A stretch of 63,936 bases of DNA, counting the filler, from an uncultured Methanosarcinales archaeon (GTDB lineage: Archaea; Nanobdellota; Nanobdellia; Woesearchaeales; CALCXY01): the NCBI GenBank assembly GCA_964385185.1. It is 3 parts of 3 records of this genome, joined end to end, with 100 filler letters (N's around TTAATTAATTAA, not from the genome) between each part and the next. Parts side by side here need not be neighbours in the genome. Positions count along the whole stretch, not along the records: positions 23,528 to 46,743 come from CAYLOA010000020.1; positions 46,844 to 63,936 come from CAYLOA010000024.1; 1 more part is not named here. The stretch is one strand, 5' to 3'. Shown here one piece after another: positions 38,852-49,611 of this stretch. A program made the position numbers and the translations under genes. Positions within the stretch are counted from its first letter, which is position 1; every line of letters begins with the position of its first letter. Below the pieces are notes generated by a model. That model saw nothing but the letters and a program-made list of their open reading frames with translations, had not been told where the DNA came from and made no database searches.

Positions 38852-41527
38852 ATGTCTAACCTTACGAAGTTCTTTCGATATGCAGGAGCACTACTCATAT
38901 TCATCATTCTATTCAGTATAACAAAGATAGTTTCATTATATACAGACTTTTTATGGTTTGACGCTCTAGGTTTCTCAGACATATTCATGACCAGTCTCTG
39001 GGCAAAAATTACTTTATTCCTGTTAACAACGACATTTTTCTTCTTTTTCGTAACGATTAACCTAAAAATAGCTCAAAGACTCTTACCTGGAAAGTTCAGT
39101 ATAAAAAACACATCAATCGGAGTAACTCTTATAGCATTAATGATTGGATTATTCTCATCAAGTGCTTGGATGACCTATTTACAGTTCGTTAATCAAGTAT
39201 CATTTAACCTCACAGATCCCATTCTGTTCAAAGATGTATCCTTCTATGTGTTCTCATTACCATTCTATCTCTTCCTACTCACTTTCCTTTTCACAACCTT
39301 AGTCATCACATTATTCATCCTATCCATTTTCTACCTTAAGGATTTAATAAAAAAATTCTTTAATGCTCAACCATTACCGAATAATATAGACTTAGAAACA
39401 AACATTTCATTTGATTACAAAAAAGAACTTGCAAATTTCCCACGAAAACCGATGGCTCATTTAGCCGTCTTAGGTGCTTTTGTATTCTTCTTATTAGCTG
39501 CAAAGCAATATCTAGCAAGATTCTCAGTTATGTATTCAGAAAGCGGAATTGTCGTAGGAGCGGGATATGTAGACGTCCATGTTTTCCTTCCTGTTGTGAA
39601 GCTTATGATGGTGTTAGCCATAATTGTAGGGCTTTTCTTCTTTGGCTGGATGTATATTAGAGGATTCAAAAAGAGACATATTCTACTAGGAGGACTTATC
39701 ATCTATTTCGTTATGGGATTCATAGGCCTTTCATTAGCTCCTGCATTAGTTCAGTCATTTATCGTCAGTCCTAATGAATTAAACTTAGAAAAAGAATACA
39801 TAGCGAACAATATCAAATTTACAAGATTGGCGTACGGTTTAGATGACGTAGAAGAGAAAGACTTTGCGTTAGAACAATCAATAACACCCAAAGTTCTAGA
39901 AAATGCAAAAGAAACGATAGATAATGTCAGAATCTTAGATTATCGACCGTTAATTAAAACGTACAAACAAACCCAAGAAATTAGATTGTACTACGACTTA
40001 TCAGGAATTGACATAGACCGATACCAAATTGATGGAAAGTATACTCAAGTAATGCTTGCACCAAGAGAATTAAATCAAAGACAAGTGGCAGCAAATGCTC
40101 AAACATGGGTAAACCTCCATATGGTCTACACACACGGTTTTGGTGTCGTTATGAGCCCAGTAAACTCAGTTACCGATCAAGGACTGCCTAACTATCTCAT
40201 AAAAGATATTCCTCCTACAAATAGCGTTAAAGAAGAGAATTTAATGATTGAAGAGCCAAGAATCTACTATGGAGAGATCGATAATGATTTTGTATTAGTC
40301 AACACAAACACAGAAGAGTTTGATTTCCCTAAGGGCAATTCAAACGAATACATTCAATATGATGGAAAAGGAGGCATTGATCTCAGTTCCTTTTTCAGAA
40401 AATTACTTATGGCCATCAAGTTCAGCGATATTAAAATTCTATTATCTTCAGATGTAACCACCGATAGTAAAATTCAATTTAACAGAAACATCCAAGACAG
40501 AATTCAAACCATTACACCATTCCTACTCTTAGATCAAGATCCGTATCTAGTTATTGATGACGGTAAATTATTCTGGATTCAAGATGCATATACAGTTACA
40601 GGAAATTATCCTTACTCTCAGAAATTTAAGGGAATAAACTACATTAGAAATGCAGTCAAGGTTGTTGTTGACGCTTACAATGGGGACGTAACCTACTATG
40701 TCATTGAAAACAATCCATTGATGCAAGTCTACCAAAATATCTTCCCGAATCAGTTCAAATCTTTTGATGAGTTTACATTAAACGATCATCTGAGATATCC
40801 AGAGGATCTGTTTACCATTCAAGCACAACTCTACGCTAACTATCACATGGATGATGTCACCGTTTTCTACAATAAAGAAGACGCTTGGGAAATCCCAACA
40901 GAAATCTATGGAACAGGACAACAGATTCGAGTAGAGCCGTATTATATTATTATGAAACTTCCTGGAGAGACAAAAGAAGAGTTTGTCTTAATGACTACCT
41001 TCACCCCGATTAAAAAAGATAATATGAACTCTTGGTTAGCTGCAAGAAGTGATGATGACCATTATGGTAAGTTATTGTTATATAAATTTCCAAAAGATAA
41101 GTTAATCTTTGGTCCTCTGCAAATTGAAGCTAGAATCGACCAAGATTCCGACATTAGTTCTCAAATTACTCTTTGGAGTCAACAAGGCTCAAGAGTGACA
41201 AGAGGTAATTTGTTGGTAATCCCAATTGAAAATAATTTATTGTACATAGAACCGTTATATCTTCAAGCTGAAACAGGTCAATTACCTGAATTGAAACGAG
41301 TAATAGTTTCCGATGGTGATAGGGTAGTAATGGAGAAAAGTTTGGGCGAAGCATTAGCTAAATTATTTGGTAGTGCTGTCCCTAAGAAAACATCTTCAGT
41401 TGTGTTAGATACCACTCAAACTTCATCTGCATCTGATATATACAATAGAATTCTAGATGCCATGAACAAAGGAGATTGGGAAACATTTGGTAAAGAGTTT
41501 AGTGAATTAGGAAGAGTATTGGGATAA
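38852..41527 (+). CDS. UPF0182 family membrane protein
   Basis: YTDFLWF, DPILFKDVSFYVFSLP, GAGYVDVH, HMVYTHGFG, NYIRNAVKVVVDAYNG and FYNKEDAW motifs. Confidence 0.92.
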   Translation: MSNLTKFFRYAGALLIFIILFSITKIVSLYTDFLWFDALGFSDIFMTSLWAKITLFLLTTTFFFFFVTINLKIAQRLLPGKFSIKNTSIGVTLIALMIGLFSSSAWMTYLQFVNQVSFNLTDPILFKDVSFYVFSLPFYLFLLTFLFTTLVITLFILSIFYLKDLIKKFFNAQPLPNNIDLETNISFDYKKELANFPRKPMAHLAVLGAFVFFLLAAKQYLARFSVMYSESGIVVGAGYVDVHVFLPVVKLMMVLAIIVGLFFFGWMYIRGFKKRHILLGGLIIYFVMGFIGLSLAPALVQSFIVSPNELNLEKEYIANNIKFTRLAYGLDDVEEKDFALEQSITPKVLENAKETIDNVRILDYRPLIKTYKQTQEIRLYYDLSGIDIDRYQIDGKYTQVMLAPRELNQRQVAANAQTWVNLHMVYTHGFGVVMSPVNSVTDQGLPNYLIKDIPPTNSVKEENLMIEEPRIYYGEIDNDFVLVNTNTEEFDFPKGNSNEYIQYDGKGGIDLSSFFRKLLMAIKFSDIKILLSSDVTTDSKIQFNRNIQDRIQTITPFLLLDQDPYLVIDDGKLFWIQDAYTVTGNYPYSQKFKGINYIRNAVKVVVDAYNGDVTYYVIENNPLMQVYQNIFPNQFKSFDEFTLNDHLRYPEDLFTIQAQLYANYHMDDVTVFYNKEDAWEIPTEIYGTGQQIRVEPYYIIMKLPGETKEEFVLMTTFTPIKKDNMNSWLAARSDDDHYGKLLLYKFPKDKLIFGPLQIEARIDQDSDISSQITLWSQQGSRVTRGNLLVIPIENNLLYIEPLYLQAETGQLPELKRVIVSDGDRVVMEKSLGEALAKLFGSAVPKKTSSVVLDTTQTSSASDIYNRILDAMNKGDWETFGKEFSELGRVLG

Positions 41528-41528
41528 A

Positions 41529-41987
41529 ATGAAATATTATATAATAATTTTAAGTTTGATTATTATAGTAGGATGTTCATCAGGATCTGTTCTCAATAAA
41601 AGTTTCATCATTGAGAAGGATTTGGGGGAGTTTATCTACGAAGAAACATTAGAATCTGATGGGCCTTGTGGATTAGTCAATGGTGAAGAGGAAATTTACA
41701 TAAAATGTTATGGTGCTACCTATCAGTCAGAGGATAAAGAAATCAGGGTAATTGTGGAATTAGTAGAGGATTCAAAAGGAGTGATAGATTCTTTTAACTA
41801 TATATATGATCAGAATCCCACCCTATTTACAACAGTAGGGAATAAGCTCATTCTTACAACTCCCAATGGTACTAATTGGTACTCTGGCAATTATATTATT
41901 GATTTGGAAGGAGATGTACCAGAAGAATTACTCACAGCATACCTTCAAAGATACCCTCCGAGTATGCTTGTAGATTATACTGCTTAA
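41529..41987 (+). CDS. Hypothetical lipoprotein
   Basis: MKYYIIILSLIIIVG|C lipobox; starts 1 nt after the UPF0182 stop. Confidence 0.65.
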   Translation: MKYYIIILSLIIIVGCSSGSVLNKSFIIEKDLGEFIYEETLESDGPCGLVNGEEEIYIKCYGATYQSEDKEIRVIVELVEDSKGVIDSFNYIYDQNPTLFTTVGNKLILTTPNGTNWYSGNYIIDLEGDVPEELLTAYLQRYPPSMLVDYTA

Positions 41988-42036
41988 ATATATTATAGGA
42001 TTCTATGTAATTTATCAGAGTAGAGAGTTTAGTAAA

Positions 42037-42333
42037 TTACTCAGAATCAATATTCATTAACTCACCAATATCTTGAGGTGTATCCAATCGATCAGTTCTA
42101 AATGTTGTAGCTCCAGATTCATTTGCTAATACTTTAATTAACCCTGTAGCATATCTCCCATCAATCTGAATCTGATGGGGAAATACATGGATAGTACCAT
42201 TTACGCTAGAGTATTCAGGCATTCCGTACAATTCACCATTTTCTAATTCTGACATGTCATCTAAAAATGCTTTAGTTGTACCTAATTGTTCCTCTGTAAA
42301 TTGCTTTTCTGCAGGAAATAAGTAATATGTCAT
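42037..42333 (-). CDS. Hypothetical protein
   Basis: 98-aa ORF filling the gap between neighbours. Confidence 0.55.
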   Translation of the reverse strand: MTYYLFPAEKQFTEEQLGTTKAFLDDMSELENGELYGMPEYSSVNGTIHVFPHQIQIDGRYATGLIKVLANESGATTFRTDRLDTPQDIGELMNIDSE

Positions 42334-42358
42334 GATGAATTATAGAACTTAATCGATA

Positions 42359-42796
42359 TTATAAAGATATGTTTTCAACAACAACTACCAATCCTTCATA
42401 CTCTCTTCTTCCCACACCAGAAACCGTGTACACTTTCTCTGTTCGACCTTTTTGAGGGATTAACTCCAAAGGTGGCCCACTGACCTCTAATCGAACTTTA
42501 TTATTAAAATCATCCACTACAAAGTAACCATAGGCTCCCACATCATCAACACTTCTCTCTAGAAAACCCCGTAGAACAACAGTTTCTCCATCATATCGAT
42601 CTTTATTGATATTATACTTCTCAATTGTGTTTGCAATACCAGGAGCTTCAAACTGTTTAATTTCTTTGATTATAGCCTTACCTACCTCTATCGGACTATC
42701 AAAGTACATACTATACCCTACAATTCCAAAGAAAATTAAGATAACAGCTGCAAGTGCAAATGTTCCAGAACTAACAGGCTCTTCAATCTTAGGCAT
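42359..42796 (-). CDS. Membrane-anchored OB-fold-like protein
   Basis: N-terminal TM followed by EVGKAI, and a YDGETVVLRG...YTVSGV beta pattern. Confidence 0.6.
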   Translation of the reverse strand: MPKIEEPVSSGTFALAAVILIFFGIVGYSMYFDSPIEVGKAIIKEIKQFEAPGIANTIEKYNINKDRYDGETVVLRGFLERSVDDVGAYGYFVVDDFNNKVRLEVSGPPLELIPQKGRTEKVYTVSGVGRREYEGLVVVVENISL

Positions 42797-42816
42797 ATAA
42801 AATTCTTAGATTACAC

Positions 42817-43824
42817 TTATTTAAAACTATCCACATACTCACCATAGCCTTCTTTCTCTAAATCAGCAAGTGGAACAAATCGTAAAGCTGCAGAATTCAT
42901 ACAGTATCGTAATCCAGAAGGTGCTGGACCATCATTAAACAAATGTCCTATATGATGATCTCCTTGTTTGCTTCTAATTTCCGTACGAGTATAAAACAGT
43001 TTATTATCATCTTTTAACACAATACTTTCTTCTACTAAAGGTCGAACAAAGCTTGGCCAACCCGTTCCTGAAACATATTTATCTTGAGAACTAAACAGTG
43101 CCTCTCCAGAAATCCGTTCAACATAAATCCCCTTTTCCTTATTATCCCAATACTCATTATGAAACGGTTGCTCTGTTCCATCTTCCAACAAAACATGCTT
43201 TTGAATAGGAGTTAATTCTTCTGTATCTACAGTGCCCCAAGTCTCTCTCAAGAAGTCATCTCTCCCACTCCCAGAACGATAATAATTGTATCTCACTGGA
43301 TTCTTCTTATGATAATCTTGATGATACTCTTCTGCTTTATAGAATACATCCAATGCGATAACATCTGTTACTATTGGTTTTTCAAATACACCAGAAGCAT
43401 CAAATTCAGCTATAACATCTTCAGCAATCGCTTTCTCTTCTGCATTTGAGTAAAAAATCGCACTTCTATACTGTGATCCACGATCAACAAAACTTCCTTC
43501 TGCATCTGTGGGATCGGTAGTGTGAAACAATTTCTCAACAAGAGTTCTATAACTCACAGAATCATCATAATACACAGTAACCGATTCAATATGACCCGAA
43601 GTTCCAGAACTTACGTCTTTATAGGTGGGATCAACAACATCTCCTCCAGCATACCCACTAATAACTTCAGCTACGCCAGGAACTTTCTCATAGTCAGCCT
43701 CAGTACACCAAAAACAGCCCCCAGCGAAGACTGCAGTATTAAATGAATCTAAATCTTGATACTCTTGAACCTGTGTCGTGCAAGCTACCAAGAGAAACAG
43801 TGCGATGAATATGAATTTTCTCAT
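42817..43824 (-). CDS. msrAB: Bifunctional peptide methionine sulfoxide reductase MsrA/MsrB, lipoprotein
   Basis: [34 protein letters not shown] and RYCMNSAAL motifs. [15 protein letters not shown] signal at 43824. Confidence 0.95.
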   Translation of the reverse strand: MRKFIFIALFLLVACTTQVQEYQDLDSFNTAVFAGGCFWCTEADYEKVPGVAEVISGYAGGDVVDPTYKDVSSGTSGHIESVTVYYDDSVSYRTLVEKLFHTTDPTDAEGSFVDRGSQYRSAIFYSNAEEKAIAEDVIAEFDASGVFEKPIVTDVIALDVFYKAEEYHQDYHKKNPVRYNYYRSGSGRDDFLRETWGTVDTEELTPIQKHVLLEDGTEQPFHNEYWDNKEKGIYVERISGEALFSSQDKYVSGTGWPSFVRPLVEESIVLKDDNKLFYTRTEIRSKQGDHHIGHLFNDGPAPSGLRYCMNSAALRFVPLADLEKEGYGEYVDSFK

Positions 43825-43900
43825 ACCACGCAATACATTCTTGCCTTTAAAAGTCTTACACACCATCACTCTTAAATATCATCACAAAAAATTAAATTTC

Positions 43901-44251
43901 ATGAGAAAAGTCTATGGTGAATCAAGGACAGATACCTGTCCATTTTGTGACAAACCTGCATACAGTAAAAACGAACAAAAAATACCTGTCTGTAAAGATC
44001 ACACAAAGTCATTAATGGAAGTAAAGTGTGTCTGTGGTGAATACCTAGAGCCAAAAGAAGGCAAGTATGGATCCTTTTTCACTTGTATTAACTGTGGAAC
44101 TATTACAAAAAGAAAAGCTTTGGAAATGGCAACCTTTCAGAAGGACGAACCAAAGATAAATAACTCAGCGAAGGAAGAACCTAAAGAAATCCATAACCCT
44201 AAAGAGGAAAAATACCTCACCCCGGATGAAGTGGATATCTACTTTACTTAA
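43901..44251 (+). CDS. Small zinc-finger protein
   Basis: CPFC...CKDH and CVCG...GKYGSFFTCINC motifs; start MRKVYG at 43901. Confidence 0.75.
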   Translation: MRKVYGESRTDTCPFCDKPAYSKNEQKIPVCKDHTKSLMEVKCVCGEYLEPKEGKYGSFFTCINCGTITKRKALEMATFQKDEPKINNSAKEEPKEIHNPKEEKYLTPDEVDIYFT

Positions 44252-44288
44252 ACGAACACTTTTTAAATAACCTCAAATTCTAGTGTGT

Positions 44289-44663
44289 ATGGCAAGAGAA
44301 AAAGGATACGGTGAGCGATTTGATTTTCTAAAAGGAGAATACGAATTTCATTGGGAATTTGAACCAGCTAAATCATGGGGTAAGGATCGAAACGATTTTG
44401 TAGGTGCCAAATTTAAGGTTCGTGATAATTGGTATACACTCACACTCAAGGCATTACAAACGTACAGAATATGGTATGGATTACCCCTAGAAACAGTAGC
44501 AAAATCACCAGAATCTGTAGATGAGATCCTCACAAATTTAGAAGAGGGCACATTAGTTGAAAAGACAGGCAAAGATAATAATAACCATATTTATCGAGGG
44601 AAAACTCTAAAAGTATGTGTTCGAGCTGACGTTCGAGAAATCTACATTGCCAATCAAAAATAA
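44289..44663 (+). CDS. Hypothetical protein
   Basis: ORF with TTTTAAATA about 20 nt upstream. Confidence 0.6.
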   Translation: MAREKGYGERFDFLKGEYEFHWEFEPAKSWGKDRNDFVGAKFKVRDNWYTLTLKALQTYRIWYGLPLETVAKSPESVDEILTNLEEGTLVEKTGKDNNNHIYRGKTLKVCVRADVREIYIANQK

Positions 44664-44743
44664 AAAGAGTATTCTTTACATAATTCGTATACATTCTCAC
44701 ACTTTTACTAAAAGTTTAAATACCTCACTTCAAAACGGTTTAT

Positions 44744-45676
44744 ATGATTAATAGTCCTCCACCCATTCTTAAATATCTACTGATACCTGCAGCATATGTG
44801 TTAAGTTCTCTACCTACTTTTGGAGATCCAGTGATTGCAAAAGCAGTTCCTAAAGAAAAACCGTATACAGGAATTGAATTAGTAACTCCTGAAAAACCTT
44901 CTATACCACTTATACCAACAAGAACTCCCATTCCAGAAAGAAGAGTTCCTGCAGAGCCTAAAATAGTACAAGATTGGCCGACTGACATTTCATCATTATT
45001 CTTTGATGATACTGTACCAGATTTTGACGATTTAGATTTTAGCGCAATCCCAGAAACAGGAGAATTTCTCACACTGAGTCAAAAAAGAAAGTACTTCAAT
45101 ATGCTTGAAGGCTTTGATAATGGACGGCATGAGTTCGAGCTTGAGTTTGAAGCAATTATTGGAACATACATGCTCACCATGGATGGTTTGTACACCACCG
45201 ATAATTTTCTAATGAAGGCAAAACCTTCAAAATGGCTCATCACTAAAGGAGTAAATCTAGGAGAAGCAGGAAAAGAAATCTTACCCATTTTTGCAAAAGG
45301 TGCTGAAGCAATTACCAGATACAATCCCTTGGCATGGGGAGATAATTTCAAGTTTTATAATCGGATCCCTGACAGAATGGCAGGATACAATGATCTAAAG
45401 CCTAAACCTCTCCACCCATTTGCATACAGATTATTACCCAAATTGGTTACTAATCTAATTGATAATCCTCCAGACGGATTTTTCGATATCCAGCTCAATG
45501 TCAGTTCAAGGGTGAATGATGTACGAGTAAGAGATGTCTGGATCACCTTAGGAAGAATCGAAACACCCGTGTACAAAGTAGAATTTGGATTATTCAAAAC
45601 TTTTAATGAAAGCAGTAGTTTGAACTACACAGACGACCTTCCATTAACACCACATCATGCTTTATTTCCTAAGTAA
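44744..45676 (+). CDS. Hypothetical protein (N-terminal hydrophobic and Pro-rich)
   Basis: 310-aa ORF with upstream TTTAAATA. Confidence 0.6.
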   Translation: MINSPPPILKYLLIPAAYVLSSLPTFGDPVIAKAVPKEKPYTGIELVTPEKPSIPLIPTRTPIPERRVPAEPKIVQDWPTDISSLFFDDTVPDFDDLDFSAIPETGEFLTLSQKRKYFNMLEGFDNGRHEFELEFEAIIGTYMLTMDGLYTTDNFLMKAKPSKWLITKGVNLGEAGKEILPIFAKGAEAITRYNPLAWGDNFKFYNRIPDRMAGYNDLKPKPLHPFAYRLLPKLVTNLIDNPPDGFFDIQLNVSSRVNDVRVRDVWITLGRIETPVYKVEFGLFKTFNESSSLNYTDDLPLTPHHALFPK

Positions 45677-45709
45677 ACATTAATAAAGAACCCTACAATT
45701 TCCTTTCTT

Positions 45710-46426
45710 ATGAATGCAGATACATTTAAGCAACTTATTGATGAATATGTTTTCAACACTGTTGTACTACATATGAAAAGAGAAATTCCCCAATGGGAAC
45801 ACCCTGTAGCTCTAAGTTACCTAAGAGTTTCTAAAATGATACAAGAATTTTCCATGGAACACATGGGTCTAGGCAACAAACCTGTTATTCAAGATAGAAT
45901 TAAATCTCAACAAGGAGCGAGAAAATATCACAGGTTTAAGAGCCTTAAAGATGTAGTTAAAGCCGATATTATGAAAGCCTTGATAGATCATGGCTATCAA
46001 GATGTAGAAGGAGAAGATCAAGATTCAGGATGGTTCGAACCTGTAACCTATCCGATTGAAGCAATCACTCAATGTCTAGATGCTGTTGTAGAGCCTTTTT
46101 TACCCAAAGATGAACATGGAAACTTTAGAAATGAAACAGGATACATGAGAAGAGTATTCTGGCCACAAAGTCATGGAATCGGGGAACATGCAAAAACAAT
46201 GGAATGGAATATTCTTGCTGAGATTGCACCAGAATATAAAAGTTCAACCGGACTAAGCTTTCAATACAGGACTGCAGATTGTCATTTTTCAAATGCAACA
46301 GGTAAGAAAGATTTCCCAAAGGGTTTTGTAGTCCATGTTAAAGAAGCAGGACCAGAATTCTATTCAGCGATGCAAGAATACAAAGCAGAAGTATTGAAGC
46401 TACACGAAGAATGCAAAAGGCCATAA
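45710..46426 (+). CDS. Hypothetical protein
   Basis: 238-aa ORF with upstream TATA-like box. Confidence 0.6.
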   Translation: MNADTFKQLIDEYVFNTVVLHMKREIPQWEHPVALSYLRVSKMIQEFSMEHMGLGNKPVIQDRIKSQQGARKYHRFKSLKDVVKADIMKALIDHGYQDVEGEDQDSGWFEPVTYPIEAITQCLDAVVEPFLPKDEHGNFRNETGYMRRVFWPQSHGIGEHAKTMEWNILAEIAPEYKSSTGLSFQYRTADCHFSNATGKKDFPKGFVVHVKEAGPEFYSAMQEYKAEVLKLHEECKRP

Positions 46427-46481
46427 TCCTAATTTCGTAATTCTCTCAATTATCAAAAGCAAAGCTTTTTATATAAATTAT

Positions 46482-46727
46482 ATGGATGTAGAATTCATGA
46501 AAACAAACGATTATGGTGGATTAACTCCGAGAGCTCAGACTCAAAGAGTACAAAATGATGTAAGTGATACAGTAAGAGGACAAGCTGAAGTTTCCACAAA
46601 TTATTCTTCTAAACATTCGCATCCAATCCAAGCAACAGACCAACAAATTGCAAAAGGGGCAAGAGCCTTAGGATCTGGACGAGGACACACAACTCCCAGT
46701 TATAGGACAGGATATCATTTTGGTTAG
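46482..46727 (+). CDS. Small hypothetical protein
   Basis: 81-aa ORF (start may be 46497); TTTTATATAA upstream. Confidence 0.45.
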   Translation: MDVEFMKTNDYGGLTPRAQTQRVQNDVSDTVRGQAEVSTNYSSKHSHPIQATDQQIAKGARALGSGRGHTTPSYRTGYHFG

Positions 46728-46743
46728 TAACAACATTAATAAA

Positions 46744-46843
46744 NNNNNNNNNNNNNNNNNNNNNNNNNNNNNNNNNNNNNNNNNNNNTTAATTAATTAAN
46801 NNNNNNNNNNNNNNNNNNNNNNNNNNNNNNNNNNNNNNNNNNN
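46744..46843. other. Artificial contig spacer
   Basis: N-run + TTAATTAATTAA + N-run. Confidence 0.95.
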
Positions 46844-46940
46844 TCTAGTCTGGACTACATAATTTCCACACTTATAGTAAAGATCAAGGAGTGTTTTGCA
46901 GTGCATTACACTTACCACAAAAAACAAGGGAGGGGTTAAT

Positions 46941-48011
46941 ATGGACTTTATCGTGGAAAACGCGAAAAAACAAATTGAAGAAACACCAATCGGGATGGAT
47001 CAAAAACAGGCATGCATCCGAGTTGTAGGTGTAGGGGGAGCAGGCAACAATATGGTTGGCTGGTTATACAAAAAAGGTATCAAAGGCGCAGAAATTGTGG
47101 CTTGCAATACCGACCAACAGCATCTGAATCATACAGAAGCTGACAAAAAATTTCTTATTGGAACTGAGATAACAAGAGGACTCGGTTGTGGCGGATTTGC
47201 TGAAAAAGGCGCAGAAGCTGCACAAGAATCTATCCAGGAACTAAAAGAAACCCTAAAAGGATCAGACATGGTTTTTGTCTGCGCTGGTATGGGTGGTGGA
47301 ACAGGAACTGGAGCAGCACCTATCATAGCATCAATTGCTAAGGATACAGGAGCTATTGTTATTGGAACAGTAACCATGCCGTTCAAGATTGAACGGGCTA
47401 GAGTTGACAAAGCAGAGTTTGGTCTAGGCCAATTAAGAAACTTTGCTGACACTGTTATTGTCATTGATAACAACAGATTAGTCAACATTGCTGGAAATCT
47501 ACCGATTCAACAAGCATTTGCAGTTGCAAATGAGCTAATATCTACCATGATTAAGGGAATTGTAGAAACAATTGCCATTCCGTCATTAGTCAACTTAGAC
47601 TATGCAGACGTGAAAACAATCATGACAAATGGAGGCGTAGCAGCCATTGGCGTAGGTTCATCCGACACTAACAATAGAGTCGATGAAGCAGTCAAAGGTG
47701 CACTATCCAACCCACTGTTAGATATATCGTATCAAGGTGCAAAAGGAGCACTTATCCACATTGAAGGTGGAGAAGACCTTACTTTGGACGAAATTAACAG
47801 AGTTGGAGAGCTAGTAACTGAATCTCTTGATGATGACGCTAATGTTATCTGGGGAGCAAGAGTTACTGAAGAAATGAAAGGCAAACTAACAGTAATGACC
47901 ATTATGACAGGAGTACAATCTCCTTGGATTATTGGAAAAACTGCTGAAAAGGGCCTTTCTGCTCAAGCGCAAGAACTCCAGGATGAACTCGGCATCGAGA
48001 TTATTCAATAA
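46941..48011 (+). CDS. ftsZ: Cell division protein FtsZ (FtsZ2-type)
   Basis: GVGGAGNN, GMGGGTGTG and NLDYADV motifs; SD GGAGG before ATG 46941. Confidence 0.95.
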   Translation: MDFIVENAKKQIEETPIGMDQKQACIRVVGVGGAGNNMVGWLYKKGIKGAEIVACNTDQQHLNHTEADKKFLIGTEITRGLGCGGFAEKGAEAAQESIQELKETLKGSDMVFVCAGMGGGTGTGAAPIIASIAKDTGAIVIGTVTMPFKIERARVDKAEFGLGQLRNFADTVIVIDNNRLVNIAGNLPIQQAFAVANELISTMIKGIVETIAIPSLVNLDYADVKTIMTNGGVAAIGVGSSDTNNRVDEAVKGALSNPLLDISYQGAKGALIHIEGGEDLTLDEINRVGELVTESLDDDANVIWGARVTEEMKGKLTVMTIMTGVQSPWIIGKTAEKGLSAQAQELQDELGIEIIQ

Positions 48012-48013
48012 GT

Positions 48014-48037
48014 AGGGCAATAAGCCTTATTTTTTTT
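48014..48037 (+). terminator. Hairpin + T-tract terminator after ftsZ
   Basis: AGGGC-AATAA-GCCTT followed by a T-run. Confidence 0.55.
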
Positions 48038-48054
48038 GTTTTATTTTTTTAAAT

Positions 48055-48345
48055 TACTGTCAGAGACACACGTCTCTGCCATGAACATAAGTAAGTGGTC
48101 AGAATTAGTACAAATATTTCACATTCACCCCCTTGGTCTTTGTGGTGAACGAAATTCTGGCCTTCACCATCTTACCACCCCCAACAAGAACAGGTGAAGG
48201 CTTTTTTTTATTTTTATTCAATTTATCTTTCTAGATAGTATTTCAAGGTAGGCGCATTAGAGGAGTTGAGCGTGTTTTTAGCGAAATTCCTCTTATTCTC
48301 CGTGAGAATTCTAAGCGTCTGCGCTTAGGGTGAAGGCTTATTTTT
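48055..48345. ncRNA. Highly structured intergenic element (unknown ncRNA or repeat cluster)
   Basis: Multiple nested stems; GGTGAAGGCTT occurs twice, each followed by a T-rich run. Confidence 0.3.
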
Positions 48346-48460
48346 ATTTTTGAATAATCCTTTACTTAGTAGAGGATAAATTAAATATGTATTTCTCTTA
48401 ATAGTTGGTATATTCAATCAGAAATCGGTGCTAATTAGTGGAAAGGGGTAAAAGCTAAAT

Positions 48461-49051
48461 TCATCTAGTCTCTTGAACTTTACAAATTTCTCGGACTAAT
48501 CTCTCTGCAAAAATGATTTCTCTTTGATAATCTCCTGAATTGTGACCTGAACGGAGATATACCTCCAATCCAACGTAAGGCAATGCTAAAGAAAAAGCTA
48601 ATTCGTCTGGCATAAAATCTGGGAATTCTGTTCTAAAATCACATTCTTCTTCGATTTTTACTAATTTAACTAACTTTACTCCTTCTTCAACTCCTGCTGA
48701 CCCATATATTAAGGCTCCAGGCTCTTCATTCCTAAGATGAACATAAAGCTCTGGCTCAGAAGTGATTAAGGCCCCTTCCAGATTAGGTAATCTATGATTA
48801 TCGAATTTAGTTGAATGAACATCTATAACAAAATTACTTCCTTTTGCTGTTGCTGCTTGCAATACTTCATCATACGCTATTCTCCTTAATGCTTGCCATT
48901 CAGGATCATGAATTTCATATCTTGAAGAAGGAACTGCATTAACAACAGGATATACATCTAATCCTTCAATATTTTTTATTCGAGTTGTCACTTCTTCACC
49001 AAACTGTTTTTCTTTAGCATCCAATCCAATAACAAATAAGCCTTTTTGCAT
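48461..49051 (-). CDS. Hypothetical protein, possible Zn-carboxypeptidase/deacylase-like fold
   Basis: YPVVN...FVIDVHS...GLEV pattern; weak. Confidence 0.5.
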   Translation of the reverse strand: MQKGLFVIGLDAKEKQFGEEVTTRIKNIEGLDVYPVVNAVPSSRYEIHDPEWQALRRIAYDEVLQAATAKGSNFVIDVHSTKFDNHRLPNLEGALITSEPELYVHLRNEEPGALIYGSAGVEEGVKLVKLVKIEEECDFRTEFPDFMPDELAFSLALPYVGLEVYLRSGHNSGDYQREIIFAERLVREICKVQETR

Positions 49052-49139
49052 AACTAGTGAGAATATATATTCACTTTTAAACTTTTACCCCTGTAATCCT
49101 TTTAATTAATATATCGCATTTACACATTTGAAAGAAATC

Positions 49140-49589
49140 CTAAACCTTCTTCTCCAAAACAACACTATCCTCTTCATCAATAAAAACCTTAAAACCTAAC
49201 TTAACATATAACTTCTTAGCAGGATTGTCAGTAAACACTCGCAATCGAATCTTATCCCTCTTTTTCCTCAAACTTTCCTTCTCCATCAGTCCAACCAAAC
49301 AAGTACCCAATCCCCTCCCTTGCATATTCTCCACAATCTGCAGATCATTAATATGACTAGACTCCTTACGAATCTCAAAAGAATAGAAACCAACTCTCTT
49401 ACCATCAACCTCAACAATCTTAATCTTCCGAGCATCAATGCCCTCCCGAATAACTTTTGCCTGCCACTTCCCCCAATGTTTAACATATAGATCATACATA
49501 TTCTTACGTATCAACCCATACACAAACCTATAATCATCAGAAGTACAATTCCTAAGGGTAAACTCCAATCCTTTCATATCTTGTCCCAT
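49140..49589 (-). CDS. GNAT acetyltransferase
   Basis: QGRGLGT acetyl-CoA loop and NPAKKLYVKLGF motif. Confidence 0.9.
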   Translation of the reverse strand: MGQDMKGLEFTLRNCTSDDYRFVYGLIRKNMYDLYVKHWGKWQAKVIREGIDARKIKIVEVDGKRVGFYSFEIRKESSHINDLQIVENMQGRGLGTCLVGLMEKESLRKKRDKIRLRVFTDNPAKKLYVKLGFKVFIDEEDSVVLEKKV

Positions 49590-49611
49590 TTACAAAGTTG
49601 ATAGCTCCATA

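Noticed and set aside
48080..48197. 38-codon ORF in the structured intergenic region
   Set aside because: No recognisable promoter, SD or motif; better explained by the stem-loop structure.
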